Assembly: GCA_964636235.1 (NCBI GenBank)
Contig: CAZWQV010000004.1
Coordinates: 3,257 to 67,256, forward strand
Source: an uncultured Thermoplasmatales archaeon
GTDB lineage: Archaea; Thermoplasmatota; E2; DHVEG-1
Length of the DNA: 64,000 nucleotides
Direction: 5' to 3'
The notes beneath the pieces are model-generated. The model was given only the letters and a program-made list of their open reading frames with translations. It made no database searches and was not told where the DNA came from. Numbering within the stretch: position 1 is the stretch's first letter; every line of letters begins with the position of its first letter. This document shows, in pieces, positions 52,794-62,615 of the stretch. The translations under genes and the position numbers were made by a program.

Positions 52794-54210
52794 TACTGGT
52801 TTTAAGAGTAAAAATTGGTTAGTTCTTAATTTACCGGATACTCCAACAAATGTTATTAGTAGGAGTTGGGCCGGTACTTTTGGAACAGCTGAGATAAAAA
52901 CACAACAAAAAGTACGAAGATTTCTACCAATTTGGATGCTCTATACAATTTCAGCATTAATCAATGATAGCGCATCGTTTCGGGTAATGGATGCTCAAGC
53001 TGAAGGCCTTGATAATAATCAAACGTATGAAGCAATCAAGAAAATGAACCCAGATGCTATCATAACCCTCATCTGTCTTCCATCTTATCATAATGATTGT
53101 GCATTGATAAAAAAGATAAAACAATCCTTTCCAGAAACAATTATTGTTATCCTTGGAGGTCTTGTATATATTGATCCACAAAAAATGTTAGAACAATCAG
53201 ATGCTGATATTCTTTTACACGCAAGATTTCCATTTTATAACTCTGTTAAAGCATTTCTTTCAAAGGGATTTGATGCAGATGGGATCATATATAAGAAAAG
53301 AAATAGTATTGAAATTAACCCTGCGATTGCAGATTCAAATGATCTTGATTATATTAATATACAAGCGTATGATTATTTACCACTTAATAAGTACATTCTC
53401 AGTGCAACAGATCGGGAGGGAAACACTATTTCATGGCTTCCTATTCTTACTGGTGTAGGATGCCCTTATTCCTGTACTTATTGTGCCTACCCGATTGCAT
53501 ATGGAAAAAAAATTCATTATAAGACTATTGATAAGATCATTGATGAGATACAACATATAGTAAAAACATATCATATTTCTGGATATTGTTTGCGAGATGT
53601 TGTTTTTACCAAAGATCGGGATAGAGTCATTAGTTTTTGTAAGAAATTAGAAGAAAAAAATCTTAAGATAAAATTTTTCTTTGAAACAAGAATTGGATTG
53701 CTAGATAAAAAACTTATTGATATCTTAAAAAAAGCGGGCTGCTTTCAAATGAATATAGGTGTAGAATCTGGAAGTCCTGATATTCTCAAAAAAGTAGGAA
53801 AACCAGGGATAAATATTAATCTGTTAAAAGAAACATTTCATTTATTAGACCAGGCTGGAATTAACACTATGGCTCATATTATTATTGGTCTACCTGGTGA
53901 AAATAAACACACTATAAAACAAACCTATAATCTATTGAAAAAAATACATGCGACAGAAGTAAATGTAAATTTTATTACTCCCTATCCTGGTACGAAATTT
54001 TATGATTATGCAACAAAGAATGATTTGATTTTAGATTATAATTGGGATAATTATACCAGCCATAATCTTGTAATGAAATCAGAGTATTTATCCGGAGAAA
54101 AATTGAAAAAACAAGGTATGAGACTTGAAAGAAAGCTATTTTTTTATAAATTACTTCATAATAAGCAATTTAGAATACAATGGATAAAAAATAGAAGAAA
54201 CCATGACTAA
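52774..54210 (+). CDS. B12-binding domain radical SAM protein
   Basis: N-terminal cobalamin-binding-like domain; CPYSCTYC (CxxxCxxC). The start may lie upstream, overlapping the previous gene. Confidence 0.65.
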   Translation: MGGNYISTGFKSKNWLVLNLPDTPTNVISRSWAGTFGTAEIKTQQKVRRFLPIWMLYTISALINDSASFRVMDAQAEGLDNNQTYEAIKKMNPDAIITLICLPSYHNDCALIKKIKQSFPETIIVILGGLVYIDPQKMLEQSDADILLHARFPFYNSVKAFLSKGFDADGIIYKKRNSIEINPAIADSNDLDYINIQAYDYLPLNKYILSATDREGNTISWLPILTGVGCPYSCTYCAYPIAYGKKIHYKTIDKIIDEIQHIVKTYHISGYCLRDVVFTKDRDRVISFCKKLEEKNLKIKFFFETRIGLLDKKLIDILKKAGCFQMNIGVESGSPDILKKVGKPGININLLKETFHLLDQAGINTMAHIIIGLPGENKHTIKQTYNLLKKIHATEVNVNFITPYPGTKFYDYATKNDLILDYNWDNYTSHNLVMKSEYLSGEKLKKQGMRLERKLFFYKLLHNKQFRIQWIKNRRNHD

Positions 54211-54228
54211 TAATTTTTATTTCTCTTT

Positions 54229-55728
54229 TTATCTTTGCTTAAGTAGCGAAATCATAAATTTCATTTCTTCTTTTTTCAATCCTTTTATAAGATATAAAAT
54301 AATGAAATATGCAATCATACTTAAAAAAATACAGGCTATAAGACTAAAAAATGATGCTGGTTGCCATACATAACAAATAATTCCAACAATGGCTGAAGCA
54401 AATAGGGTTTTGAATAATGTTGTTGGTTTTATTCCAAACCGCATCTCTTTCATAGAAAAGATTATGATAATTATAGCTGAAAAACAATAGGATAGTAGAG
54501 TGGCAACAGCAGCACCTAAAATACCATAATAGGGGATAAGACCAAAATTTAAGATGAGATTTAAGAGAGCAGTAATTGTAACAATAATACCAATTTTTGA
54601 TGTTTTTTTACTCATGCGCAAGGTCTTATCATAGATTACGAAGAGACCTGAGAAAAGTGAACTTATTGCAATGAGGGGTGTGATAAACCAGCCGTTTTCT
54701 GCTATGTTAGAAGTTGTAAAAAAAGATAATATTTGCTTTGATAAAAAAGAGAGACCTACAATTGCAGGCAGGGCTAATAATAAATAAATTTTAAGAATAA
54801 AACGAAGGTACATTTTCACTTTTGAAATATCTCCCTCATCAAAAAATTTTGCAATTGTGGGCATTAAAACAAAATCAAATAATTCAACAACCATAAAAAA
54901 AAGAAAACCAACATTATATGCAGCTGCATAAATACCAACATTTGAAAATTCCATATAAAAACTTATTACATAACGATCACTAAACATGATTATCCATAGG
55001 GAAATTCCGGTTGGAATCAGTGGAAGACCATATTTTAAATATGTTTTTAAATCATGAAATCGGGGGAGTGAAATCCCAATTTCTGAAAAAATAATTACTA
55101 CATAAATAAAAACAAAACATATTTCTACAAATAAATAACCCTGAAGTGCACCAAAGATGCCGTTACCTAAATAGATCATATAAAATGCAAGGGCGATTTT
55201 TGCATAGTTATCAATAATTCTAAAGAAGGAATATAATTTAATTTTCCGTAATGAACGAAAATAAAATTGGCAAAGAATATTTGTTCCACCAATGAGAAAG
55301 ATAAATCCGGTTATAAACACAATATTTGTCTTATTATCGAAAAAATAATATGCAATTGTATCAGAAAAAATTATAAACAATAATAAGATAATAATTGAAA
55401 CAATAAATTTAAAAACTAAAATAGATAAAAAAAGTTGCTGTTTTTCACGTATTTTCTTTTTTGCTGGCAGAAAACGAACAAGAGCATTGTTTAATCCAAA
55501 GGATGCAATAGGACTTAAAATACCAATAGTTACCATAGCCTGTTGCCACAATCCATAACCATAGGCACCAAGTGTTTTTGTGATGAGTGGAATAAGAATG
55601 ATGCCACCAAGGGCAACTAAAATTTCAGCGATACCAACAAAACCAATATCCTTGATAAAGGTACCAATTTCAGAATGAGAAGAGTTATTATTTTTTGAAG
55701 ATGGAATCGTTTCGTTTTTTTGTTTCAT
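54229..55728 (-). CDS. Oligosaccharide flippase (Wzx/MOP superfamily polysaccharide biosynthesis protein)
   Basis: 499 aa with about 12-14 TM helices, of typical Wzx length, inside the glycan cluster. Confidence 0.55.
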   Translation of the reverse strand: MKQKNETIPSSKNNNSSHSEIGTFIKDIGFVGIAEILVALGGIILIPLITKTLGAYGYGLWQQAMVTIGILSPIASFGLNNALVRFLPAKKKIREKQQLFLSILVFKFIVSIIILLLFIIFSDTIAYYFFDNKTNIVFITGFIFLIGGTNILCQFYFRSLRKIKLYSFFRIIDNYAKIALAFYMIYLGNGIFGALQGYLFVEICFVFIYVVIIFSEIGISLPRFHDLKTYLKYGLPLIPTGISLWIIMFSDRYVISFYMEFSNVGIYAAAYNVGFLFFMVVELFDFVLMPTIAKFFDEGDISKVKMYLRFILKIYLLLALPAIVGLSFLSKQILSFFTTSNIAENGWFITPLIAISSLFSGLFVIYDKTLRMSKKTSKIGIIVTITALLNLILNFGLIPYYGILGAAVATLLSYCFSAIIIIIFSMKEMRFGIKPTTLFKTLFASAIVGIICYVWQPASFFSLIACIFLSMIAYFIILYLIKGLKKEEMKFMISLLKQR

Positions 55729-56017
55729 ATTTCCCTACGTTTTTTATTTGAATAGTTTTATTCTATTATTTGTTAGCCCAGAGAATGGAATGGATGAGAA
55801 CCGTTATCTTGTGGTTATTCAAATGCTTTTTTATTGATATCTAACCGGATATGGAAACATTTCTATTTTTCCACTTGTTTTAATTATTTTCTTTTAAATT
55901 TAAATTCAAATATATACTAATAATGATTTTATTCTATTAATTTTTATAATTTAATTAAAAAATTATTATCCATCGTAATTTTTATAAATTATTTTAGCAT
56001 ACTTTTTAATTAGGATT

Positions 56018-57295
56018 ATGAGGAATAAATTTTACTACTTTATGGTTAGTTTTTGTCTCTTATATATTATTATAAATAGTTCATTTGTTCTTGGATCTAC
56101 TCAGATTGAACCTGATAGTTTGGATAGTCCGATAAGAAAATATTTCAACAAACAAAAAATTTTATGGACATTTGATGATTATTATATATGTTATGATTTT
56201 CCACCCCATAGAGGTTTTTCTAATCTCACTAAAAGAATTATATCCTATGGCGGGCATGTGAATATAATGACAATTTTATTTCATGTTAATGAAGCAAAGG
56301 ATATTAAAAACTATTCCGTTATTGATGACTTAGGATGGGAACCACAGGAAATAAATAGAAGCTTAACATTTTTTTCACAGGAACATGTATATCCTGCATG
56401 TCATGGATGGGATGCAAGATCTGAACTATTAAACAATGCTTCTTTGGAAGAGGCATATGAAATTATAAACCATACACTTTGGAACTGGGAAAATAATTTT
56501 CATATACAACCAACGTTTTTCCTTGGTGATAGCACAAGTGGAAATTATAATATTACCCTTGCGTTAAAAAAATTTAGTGAAATATATTGGCCGGTTTATG
56601 GTGAAAATTTCCGCTGGGATCAAGAGGAACTTTTTTCTCCTCCAACAAGAGATACCCCTGCAATATCATACATAGGTAAAGAACCATATATAGCAATGTT
56701 TGATCCTTTATTTGGACTGCCTTGGGGCAATCCATGTGAATCGCTGGAAGATGCGCAAAATTTATTCATTAATCAAACTGAGAATAAGGAGATAATATTT
56801 ATCCGTGGACATCCATCTTCATTAAATAAGTCTGAAACAACTCCATACTATAGCCTTTGGATTGAATGGATCGATTGGATTTATCAAAACCACGAATTAA
56901 CTAACATTAATCATACCGAAGCAATTTATTATATTGCTGATAGAGAGGCATTTAAAATAGAACGGCAATCTCCTGACAAATTTATTATAAATTTATCTTC
57001 ATGTTCTTTTGATCATGATATTTTATTTTCACAACCTTATGATGGGTATTATTATAATTGGACATTGTATAGGGGGCAAAAGGAAGTTGCATCGTTTTAT
57101 GACGATTACACTATTCATTTATCTGCTGGTCAATCATACACAATGGAGACAAATGATAAAGTTGAGATTCCTTTAGAGAAAAATGCACAATATAAGAATA
57201 TTTATGAAAGAATACCTGGTTTGAATCTTATATTTTTGCTTCTTTGTTTTATTGTTATAAGCATTTTCATTAAAAAAATTCGAAACAAATCATAA
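56018..57295 (+). CDS. Secreted/anchored hypothetical protein (signal peptide, C-terminal TM + basic tail; possible deacetylase-like fold)
   Basis: N-terminal signal peptide; WTFDDYY motif; ends ...IPGLNLIFLLLCFIVISIFIKKIRNKS. Confidence 0.4.
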   Translation: MRNKFYYFMVSFCLLYIIINSSFVLGSTQIEPDSLDSPIRKYFNKQKILWTFDDYYICYDFPPHRGFSNLTKRIISYGGHVNIMTILFHVNEAKDIKNYSVIDDLGWEPQEINRSLTFFSQEHVYPACHGWDARSELLNNASLEEAYEIINHTLWNWENNFHIQPTFFLGDSTSGNYNITLALKKFSEIYWPVYGENFRWDQEELFSPPTRDTPAISYIGKEPYIAMFDPLFGLPWGNPCESLEDAQNLFINQTENKEIIFIRGHPSSLNKSETTPYYSLWIEWIDWIYQNHELTNINHTEAIYYIADREAFKIERQSPDKFIINLSSCSFDHDILFSQPYDGYYYNWTLYRGQKEVASFYDDYTIHLSAGQSYTMETNDKVEIPLEKNAQYKNIYERIPGLNLIFLLLCFIVISIFIKKIRNKS

Positions 57296-57435
57296 AAAAA
57301 TTATTTATACAAATTATTTATTCCAAATGTTAATAATTTAATAATAAATATATTTTAAAAAGAATTCAATTTAGAAATATTTATTAAGAGCCGCTTGCTA
57401 ATATGCTGGGATATAGAAAATAGTGGTGAAGAGAG

Positions 57436-58947
57436 ATGAAATTGCCTAATTTACTCGTGTTCTCGAGTATAATGCTATTAGTATTGAGTAGCGTATCATT
57501 TATTAATTTAGTTTCTGCTGAAACAGAATGTTCAATTACCATTAATTTACCAAATAATCCAGTTACGTTAATCGTTAACAATGGAATTAGTAGTTATTTT
57601 CAAATGAATCTTACTGGGTTTCATTCTGAAAATGATATTACAAATGGGTCTTATCTTGGTTGGTGTGCCCAAAGAACTACGAAAATCAGCAGGGGCGTAT
57701 CCCATGGGGTATGGGTTTGTTCTAGTTATGATTTAACTTCGTCTTTTTCATCTTTTGAATATGTATCATGGGATAAAATCAATTACATAATTAATCATAA
57801 GGACTATTTTGATAATGATCCAATAATAATTCAACAATTAATTTGGAATTTGACAGATAACATTTCGTATTCTGATCCAATCATAAATGGTTATTTGCAG
57901 GATATTAATATTAATGGATCTGGTTATTGCCCATCTGATGGTGACATTATTGCTATTCTTGTTAAAAGTGGGGATAATATAATAAATCCTCAAAGAACTT
58001 TTTTTGAAACAAATGTTCCTGATCAAAACGAGGATGAGCCATCTGAAGATGATGATGAAGGTGGTGTGGTCTATGGCAACCATCCACCAACGGCGGATGC
58101 CACTGCTGGAGAACCTTATCAAGGTTTTGTTGGGGAATCAATTCTCTTTGATGGTTCATTAAGTTATGATGTTGATGGATGGATTAGAGCCTACTATTGG
58201 CAATTTGGTGATGGTCAAACAGGGACAGGTAGGACGTATTCCCAAGTTTTCAATGATGAAGGTATTTACTCAGTTTTATTAACAGTTGAGGATAATGATG
58301 GTGCAACAAATGGGTATTCTACTTCAGTTGAAATTCTAAGTGCAAATCAACCTCCAAGAAGTCCCACTCTTACCGGGCAAAGAGATATAGAAATTGATAC
58401 GATTACGCCCTTCACGGTAGTAGCAATTGATGAAGATAACGATACGATTCGATATATTATTGATTGGGGTGATGGAACAAATACTACTACTACAGATTTT
58501 TATGAAAATAACACCCCTGTTACTGTTTATCATTCCTGGTCTTCATCTAATTTATATTTAGTAAAGGTATTTGCAGAAGATGATTTAGGTAGTCCTTCTG
58601 ATACAACTCAACAATTTGTTTTTGTGAATGTAACTGTAATATTCATTGATGATGACATAGAGGGATATTTAATTGATTTTGGAAAAGATGGGCTCTTTGA
58701 CTCATTTCATAATAATGGAACTGGCATGGATACAGATGTTGAAAAGAATTCTGACGGATGGTATTTAATCGATAGTAACAATGATGGAGAATGGAATTAT
58801 CAGTATAGAGCAGATATAGGATTATTACCATATCAAATAGAACAACAAAAATTCAATTACACCTATATTATCCTCATTCTGGCTGCGATCATAATAATAA
58901 TCATTATAGCTTTCTTATATAAAAAAAGAAATATTCTAATCAAATAA
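57436..58947 (+). CDS. Surface protein, PKD-domain family member B (paralog of 33860..35452)
   Basis: Signal peptide; GWC N-domain; PKD signatures (YYWQFGDGQ, DNDTIRYIIDWGDG); C-module YLIDFGKDG...IDSNNDGEWN; ends TM + KKRNILIK. Confidence 0.7.
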   Translation: MKLPNLLVFSSIMLLVLSSVSFINLVSAETECSITINLPNNPVTLIVNNGISSYFQMNLTGFHSENDITNGSYLGWCAQRTTKISRGVSHGVWVCSSYDLTSSFSSFEYVSWDKINYIINHKDYFDNDPIIIQQLIWNLTDNISYSDPIINGYLQDININGSGYCPSDGDIIAILVKSGDNIINPQRTFFETNVPDQNEDEPSEDDDEGGVVYGNHPPTADATAGEPYQGFVGESILFDGSLSYDVDGWIRAYYWQFGDGQTGTGRTYSQVFNDEGIYSVLLTVEDNDGATNGYSTSVEILSANQPPRSPTLTGQRDIEIDTITPFTVVAIDEDNDTIRYIIDWGDGTNTTTTDFYENNTPVTVYHSWSSSNLYLVKVFAEDDLGSPSDTTQQFVFVNVTVIFIDDDIEGYLIDFGKDGLFDSFHNNGTGMDTDVEKNSDGWYLIDSNNDGEWNYQYRADIGLLPYQIEQQKFNYTYIILILAAIIIIIIIAFLYKKRNILIK

Positions 58948-59083
58948 TCATAAAATTTTCTTTTTTAAATTTCGTAAAATCTATATAAAAATATTTTATT
59001 CAAATATTGCCACAAAGCCTAATATAATTGATCCTATGCTGAGGAATATTAGTAATCAATTGTTGGGAGGTAATTGAATTCAT

Positions 59084-61942
59084 ATGAAGAAACAATGGAT
59101 TATATTATTAATTGTAATGATAATAATTTTTCTTCTTTTTATACAATATTTTCAAATGAATTGTAATATTCCGCTAAAACCTAATGAGTCTTTAAATCCT
59201 GATGAATGTGGTGGTTTTATTGCAACAGGTTCAGTCTGTATAAATAATAGAAGTATGCTATTAAAGAATAGACATAGTGATAAACCAGGAACCATGAAAC
59301 CTTTTTATTATCAGGGAACTAATTACTCATTTATTGCTTTTGGAACATATAGCAAAGAGGTTGGAAGACCATATTGTCGCATGGGCATAAATGAAAAAGG
59401 TCTTTCTATAGGAAATTTTGATCAATCCGAACTTATCTCCGATGGGAATTGGAACTATATTTCAGATCATATTAGCGAAAATGAAGATTATGATATGTGG
59501 TACATATTAGGAAATTTTGATACAGTTAAAACTGCTGCAACATGGCTTGTTCATCATGCCTCTTATCCTTGCCAATGGGCAATTGTAAGTAAAGAAAAAG
59601 GGGTGGGGGCTATTGTTGCAATGGATAAAGAGTATCATGGGAATATTTCTTGGATAAATAATACATATATGGCTCTTGGAAATCGATTGTATTGTGAGCA
59701 ACAATTTAATGCTCAAATGAGGAGAACTCAGTATCTAGCGGATCAGATATATTATCATGGGATTGGCATAGAATCAACCATACCATATGCATTTTCGATA
59801 AAAGATATTGCCCTCATTTTAGCAAAAGATATCAATGCAAGTAATAACCAGTATCCTTGGTTACAAGAACCAGCATCAGGTATATATTCAGGTTACTATA
59901 TCATTGGCCAAACCGGCTCAATATGCCCGACTAGTTCCACATCATGTATGCTTGCAGTTTCAGGTGATGACAAATATAATGACTCAACAAATCTTGTTTT
60001 TTTTACTTCAGGTTATAATCCACATATAGGTCTTTTTGTTCCTATTAGTGCATCATATTTAAAAGATCAAGATGATATTCCTTTAGTATTCAGAACTGAA
60101 ATTGGTATACAACAATTTACTAATGTAGCTCAATCATATGCAGAGAATATCCCGGGTTACTATAATCGATCAAGAACGCACTATATTCATAATACAACTG
60201 ATAAATTAGAAAGTGAAATGATAGAATCATATGAGGCCATTGTTAACTTAATCCCTATCAATGAATCATATACAAATGTTCAGCATATAATACAATCATA
60301 TTGTTATAATCAGACATATAATGCTTTATCTCAATATAGAGATCTTTTTATTAAATCAATCACCCTTATTATACCCAATGAATCATATGTTTGTGGCAAT
60401 GTACAATATGTGTTTAATAAAACGTTACCATTTTATCCTTTTGAGCATACATCAGATGTCTTGATTTTAAATTCTACTGTTTGTAAAATTGATGCATTTG
60501 AACCATTGAATATTACTATAACTTATCTTAATGAGAATACACAGATAACTAAAGATGATGAATTATTAATGGAATGGTATTCAACTCCTGCAGGACGACA
60601 TGTTATTTTCAATTATTCAGGATTTAAACCATATTGCTTCTATAAAATAATTCATAATAATCAAACCACTATTATTCAATCAACATCAAAAGGTCATATA
60701 CTATATTTTTCAGTATTAGAAAAAGAAAATCATTTTCAAATACAAACAGTAAATTACACTGATAAATCTCCGACAGCCGATTTCACATTTACACCATCGA
60801 ATCCAATTGAAGGGGAGAGAGTTAGCTTTAATGCATCAATGTCATATGATGATGGAAATGATATTCAATATTACTGGGATTTAAATGATGATCATATTGT
60901 GGATCAGCAGGGTAAAAAAATTCATCATGAATTCACAACGGCAGGGACTTACTATGTTAACTTAACCATAAAAGATACCTCAAATCAATCTGATTGGATA
61001 GTAAGAGCTATCGTTATTCAAAAACCATCAAATTCAAAAAAATCTGGATCTGATAGTTCAAATCTACCAGAGTATAATATTAATACTCCTCCCAAATGCA
61101 TCTGTTCGATGGAACCGTTGCACGTATCAATCAATGAAACAATTCTTTTTAATGCCTCAGAAAGTTATGATCCCGATGGAACAATTGTCAGTTATTATTG
61201 GGATTTCGGTGATTCACATAATGAAGAAGGAAAAATCTGTAACCATACCTTCATGAAAGATGGAAGATATATGGTCATTTTAACAGTAATTGACGATGAT
61301 GGAGCAATGGATACAAATACAACATATATAATGGTACATCAACAAAACTTACCCCCCTCTCAATTAATCATTCAAGGTGAAACTTGTCTAGAAATAAATG
61401 TATCTTATCCTTTTTTCTTTCATGCAATAGATGTTGATGATGATTTTCTCAATCTTACTGTTGATTGGGGCGATGGAACACGAGATTCTACATGTATTTT
61501 GAATAATATTACATTTCCTCTTAATCATAGCTGGCAAAAAAGTGGAGAATATATCATTAAAGCACACGTTTCAGATGAATTCAAGTCTTTATCAGAATCA
61601 GTTGAATATAAATTAATTGCTGGAGAAATTGTATGTAAAATAGATGCTGAGATAAAGGGATATATTCTAAAACTAACATCGGAACCCAGATCGTTAATCT
61701 TTTATGATAACGAAACAAAAATTCATTATGATGTAAAGGAAAAAAATAATGGAACATACATAATTGATTATGAAAATGATGACTCATGGAAATATGGTAT
61801 TGCCTCAAATGGAATAGTTTATCTCAATATTCAATTTGAACAAAAAGAGACATCAGCAATAGAATTCAAATGGGTGATACTATGTGGGTTGATTGCTAGT
61901 CTTTGTTATTTTTTTATGATAAAAAAAATGATTAAAAAATAA
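59084..61942 (+). CDS. Large surface protein: N-terminal Cys-containing domain (possible Ntn-hydrolase-like) + 3 PKD domains + shared C-module + TM/basic tail
   Basis: 952 aa with signal peptide. PKD signatures (YYWDLNDDH, SYYWDFGDSH, NLTVDWGDGT). C-terminal IIDYENDDSWKYG module, then TM and MIKKMIKK. Confidence 0.65.
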   Translation: MKKQWIILLIVMIIIFLLFIQYFQMNCNIPLKPNESLNPDECGGFIATGSVCINNRSMLLKNRHSDKPGTMKPFYYQGTNYSFIAFGTYSKEVGRPYCRMGINEKGLSIGNFDQSELISDGNWNYISDHISENEDYDMWYILGNFDTVKTAATWLVHHASYPCQWAIVSKEKGVGAIVAMDKEYHGNISWINNTYMALGNRLYCEQQFNAQMRRTQYLADQIYYHGIGIESTIPYAFSIKDIALILAKDINASNNQYPWLQEPASGIYSGYYIIGQTGSICPTSSTSCMLAVSGDDKYNDSTNLVFFTSGYNPHIGLFVPISASYLKDQDDIPLVFRTEIGIQQFTNVAQSYAENIPGYYNRSRTHYIHNTTDKLESEMIESYEAIVNLIPINESYTNVQHIIQSYCYNQTYNALSQYRDLFIKSITLIIPNESYVCGNVQYVFNKTLPFYPFEHTSDVLILNSTVCKIDAFEPLNITITYLNENTQITKDDELLMEWYSTPAGRHVIFNYSGFKPYCFYKIIHNNQTTIIQSTSKGHILYFSVLEKENHFQIQTVNYTDKSPTADFTFTPSNPIEGERVSFNASMSYDDGNDIQYYWDLNDDHIVDQQGKKIHHEFTTAGTYYVNLTIKDTSNQSDWIVRAIVIQKPSNSKKSGSDSSNLPEYNINTPPKCICSMEPLHVSINETILFNASESYDPDGTIVSYYWDFGDSHNEEGKICNHTFMKDGRYMVILTVIDDDGAMDTNTTYIMVHQQNLPPSQLIIQGETCLEINVSYPFFFHAIDVDDDFLNLTVDWGDGTRDSTCILNNITFPLNHSWQKSGEYIIKAHVSDEFKSLSESVEYKLIAGEIVCKIDAEIKGYILKLTSEPRSLIFYDNETKIHYDVKEKNNGTYIIDYENDDSWKYGIASNGIVYLNIQFEQKETSAIEFKWVILCGLIASLCYFFMIKKMIKK

Positions 61943-62072
61943 GGGTTAATTAATATAATAAAAATATTAAATTATACAAAATATATTTATATTATTTTTT
62001 ATTTAGTTATCTTGAATTTAATCTAAAGAACTCAAAAATAGAAAAGTTACTTTTCAAAAAGATGGATAAAAA

Positions 62073-62615
62073 ATGCTGAATAAAAAAAATGATAATTTTA
62101 TTTCAAAAAACATTAAAACAATAAGAAATATGATAGAAACTAATAAAGAAGCGGTTCATTTCCTCCTAAAATTTTGTATTATTACTATACTTTTTTTTGC
62201 TGTTTTTTATGTAACAATTGGTTATTTTGAAGGATTATTAATTGGTACTGCATGGCTTGCAGGAACCCTTGCAAATCTCTTTGGTATGTCAGTTACTATC
62301 AATGGATCTTTGATAAATATAGGGTCAATGAATCTTGAGATAATCCCTGAATGCACAGGAATTTTCGCACTCTTTGTAACCATTGCTTGTATTCTATCTT
62401 ATCCTGCAGATATTAAAAAAAAAGTAGTTGGAATACTTCTTATCATTCCATTTATTTTCCTCCTCAATCTTTTTCGTCTTCTTATTTTGATTCTTGTTGG
62501 AAAATACTATATTGATATATTTGAATATGTTCATTCTTATCTTTGGCAAGCAACATTCCTTATTTTTATTATTTTAGGATGGTTCCTATGGATTGAGTTG
62601 GTGGTAAAGAAATGA
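62073..62615 (+). CDS. Archaeosortase/exosortase-family protein (short form)
   Basis: Polytopic, with conserved Cys in IIPECTGIFALF and Arg in LNLFRLL, as in exosortase/archaeosortase catalytic motifs. 180 aa. Confidence 0.55.
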   Translation: MLNKKNDNFISKNIKTIRNMIETNKEAVHFLLKFCIITILFFAVFYVTIGYFEGLLIGTAWLAGTLANLFGMSVTINGSLINIGSMNLEIIPECTGIFALFVTIACILSYPADIKKKVVGILLIIPFIFLLNLFRLLILILVGKYYIDIFEYVHSYLWQATFLIFIILGWFLWIELVVKK

